Below, piece by piece: positions 62,691 through 64,000 of a stretch of DNA of 64,000 nt. The notes under the pieces were generated by a model. That model was given only the letters and a program-made list of their open reading frames with translations, was not told the DNA's origin and did not search any database. Position 1 is the first letter of the stretch. Every line of letters begins with the position of its first letter. Position numbers and translations under genes: made by a program. This DNA comes from Stegostoma tigrinum (lineage: Eukaryota). The stretch is taken from NCBI RefSeq assembly GCF_030684315.1, contig NC_081387.1, forward strand, positions 2,088,497 to 2,152,496. The letters run 5' to 3'.

Positions 62691-63515
62691 AAGTCAGGCA
62701 TCTGATACGATATTCTCCATTGCCTGGATGAGAGCAGCCATACAACTTCCTGACTTGGAAATGTGACGCTGCTGCTTCAGTGTCTCTAGGTCAGATTCCT
62801 GGAACTCACTCCATAACAGCACCTTGGGTATCCACACATGATGTGGACTTCAGCAGTTCAAGAAGGCAGATTATTGCCATCACCTTCTCCAGGACAGTGA
62901 CAGATGGGCAAGAAATGCTGGCCTAAGCAACAACACCCAGACCCTGTGAAAGTATAAATAAGAAAGAACTGAGGAGTCCACACCTTCAACAAATGGGGAG
63001 ATGGACTTGGAAATAAATCATGTTTCTGTTTCCTGTTTTTCAGAAAGATTACATTGTGCCGCGTTAGGCAATACAAAGAGGATAAATACCGAAGATAGGT
63101 CCTGAAGATCACCCAAAGAACAACTGCACAGCTGACGTCTAGTTCCTTCACAGCTGTATTCAACACTGAAGGTTGGACAGTGAAACCATCACTCAGGAGA
63201 GCCTTGACATATCATCAGATCTGAAACTGGTCAGTTGTGTGGCACCTTCCACCAGCCCCAACCTTTCTGAAAATTCAAAGGTGAAGATTATGTAGATTTG
63301 GACGAGGCTGGGAAAAAGTGTGAGTTGCTGAAAGTGTGGTGAGAGCTTCAATCATTTATCGATCCTCATGAGCTGCTGACTCACTCCTACAGATGAGAGG
63401 ATGTTGAAGTATGAGGTTTGAGAGGAAGTTCAGATAATCTCCTAACACATAAGGTGCACTTGCTCGAAAATTGTTAACAGCAGCAAAGTTACCTGAGAGA
63501 GACCATTCAAGGGTG

Positions 63516-64000
63516 ATGTCATCTCTGCTCATGAATCTCCGACACAATGACACTGGGGAGAAAATGTTCTCAGGTGAGGTGTGTAGCAAGATGTTTGTAC
63601 AATTATCGGGCTCAGTAAAACATCGAGCAATTCACAAGGGGGCAAAAGTATTCAGATGTCAGGTGTGTGACAAATCGTTCTCATGGTCAGCAGATCTTCG
63701 TAAACACCAACGCATTCACACAGGAGAGAAACCATTCACATGCAAGGTATGTGACAGATCATTCTCACGTTCTTCAAACTTCCGCAGACACCAACGCATT
63801 CACACAGGGGAGAAACCATTCACGTGCAAGATTTGTGAAAAATCATTCTCAGATTCATCGCACTTCCGCAAACACCAACGCATTCATACAGGGGAGAAAC
63901 CATTCACATGCAAGGTTTGTGAAAAATCATTCTCAGATTCATCACACCTCCGCAGACATCAACACATTCATACAAGGGAAAAAACATTGATGCATGAGTT
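63516..64000 (+). CDS. C2H2 zinc-finger protein, 5' part, paralog of locus 3 (locus 4; runs off window)
   Basis: Manual translation from ATG 63516 gives [73 protein letters not shown]..., with 4 intact fingers and an open frame to the window end. It is absent from the ORF track because there is no stop. Confidence 0.8.
   Translation, partial: MSSLLMNLRHNDTGEKMFSGEVCSKMFVQLSGSVKHRAIHKGAKVFRCQVCDKSFSWSADLRKHQRIHTGEKPFTCKVCDRSFSRSSNFRRHQRIHTGEKPFTCKICEKSFSDSSHFRKHQRIHTGEKPFTCKVCEKSFSDSSHLRRHQHIHTREKTLMHE

Overview
Eukaryotic, repeat-rich vertebrate DNA, most likely a cartilaginous fish (shark). This is inferred from HE1-type V-SINEs, DeuSINE-like repeats, CR1/HER1-type LINEs and Penelope-like elements recognised from memory, not from a database search. 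The window holds a tandem cluster of four + strand C2H2 zinc-finger-only loci: an intact 13-finger ORF (7447-8595), a pseudogene (~18.3-19.3 kb), an 18-finger ORF (36764-38422) with a long decayed finger tail, and a paralog running off the window end (63516->64000). The loci share a predicted architecture: a 45-nt upstream micro-exon ending in ATG|GTGAGT, an intron, and one large finger exon. Three micro-exon copies have an inverted twin about 320 nt upstream. The rest is LINE, SINE, Gypsy and Penelope debris, a tRNA-Arg(CCT) pseudogene, two local inverted duplications, and many short palindromic Penelope-terminus elements carrying minimal hammerhead-ribozyme motifs and 13-17 bp target-site duplications. 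Repeat boundaries are approximate and all splicing is predicted, not observed.
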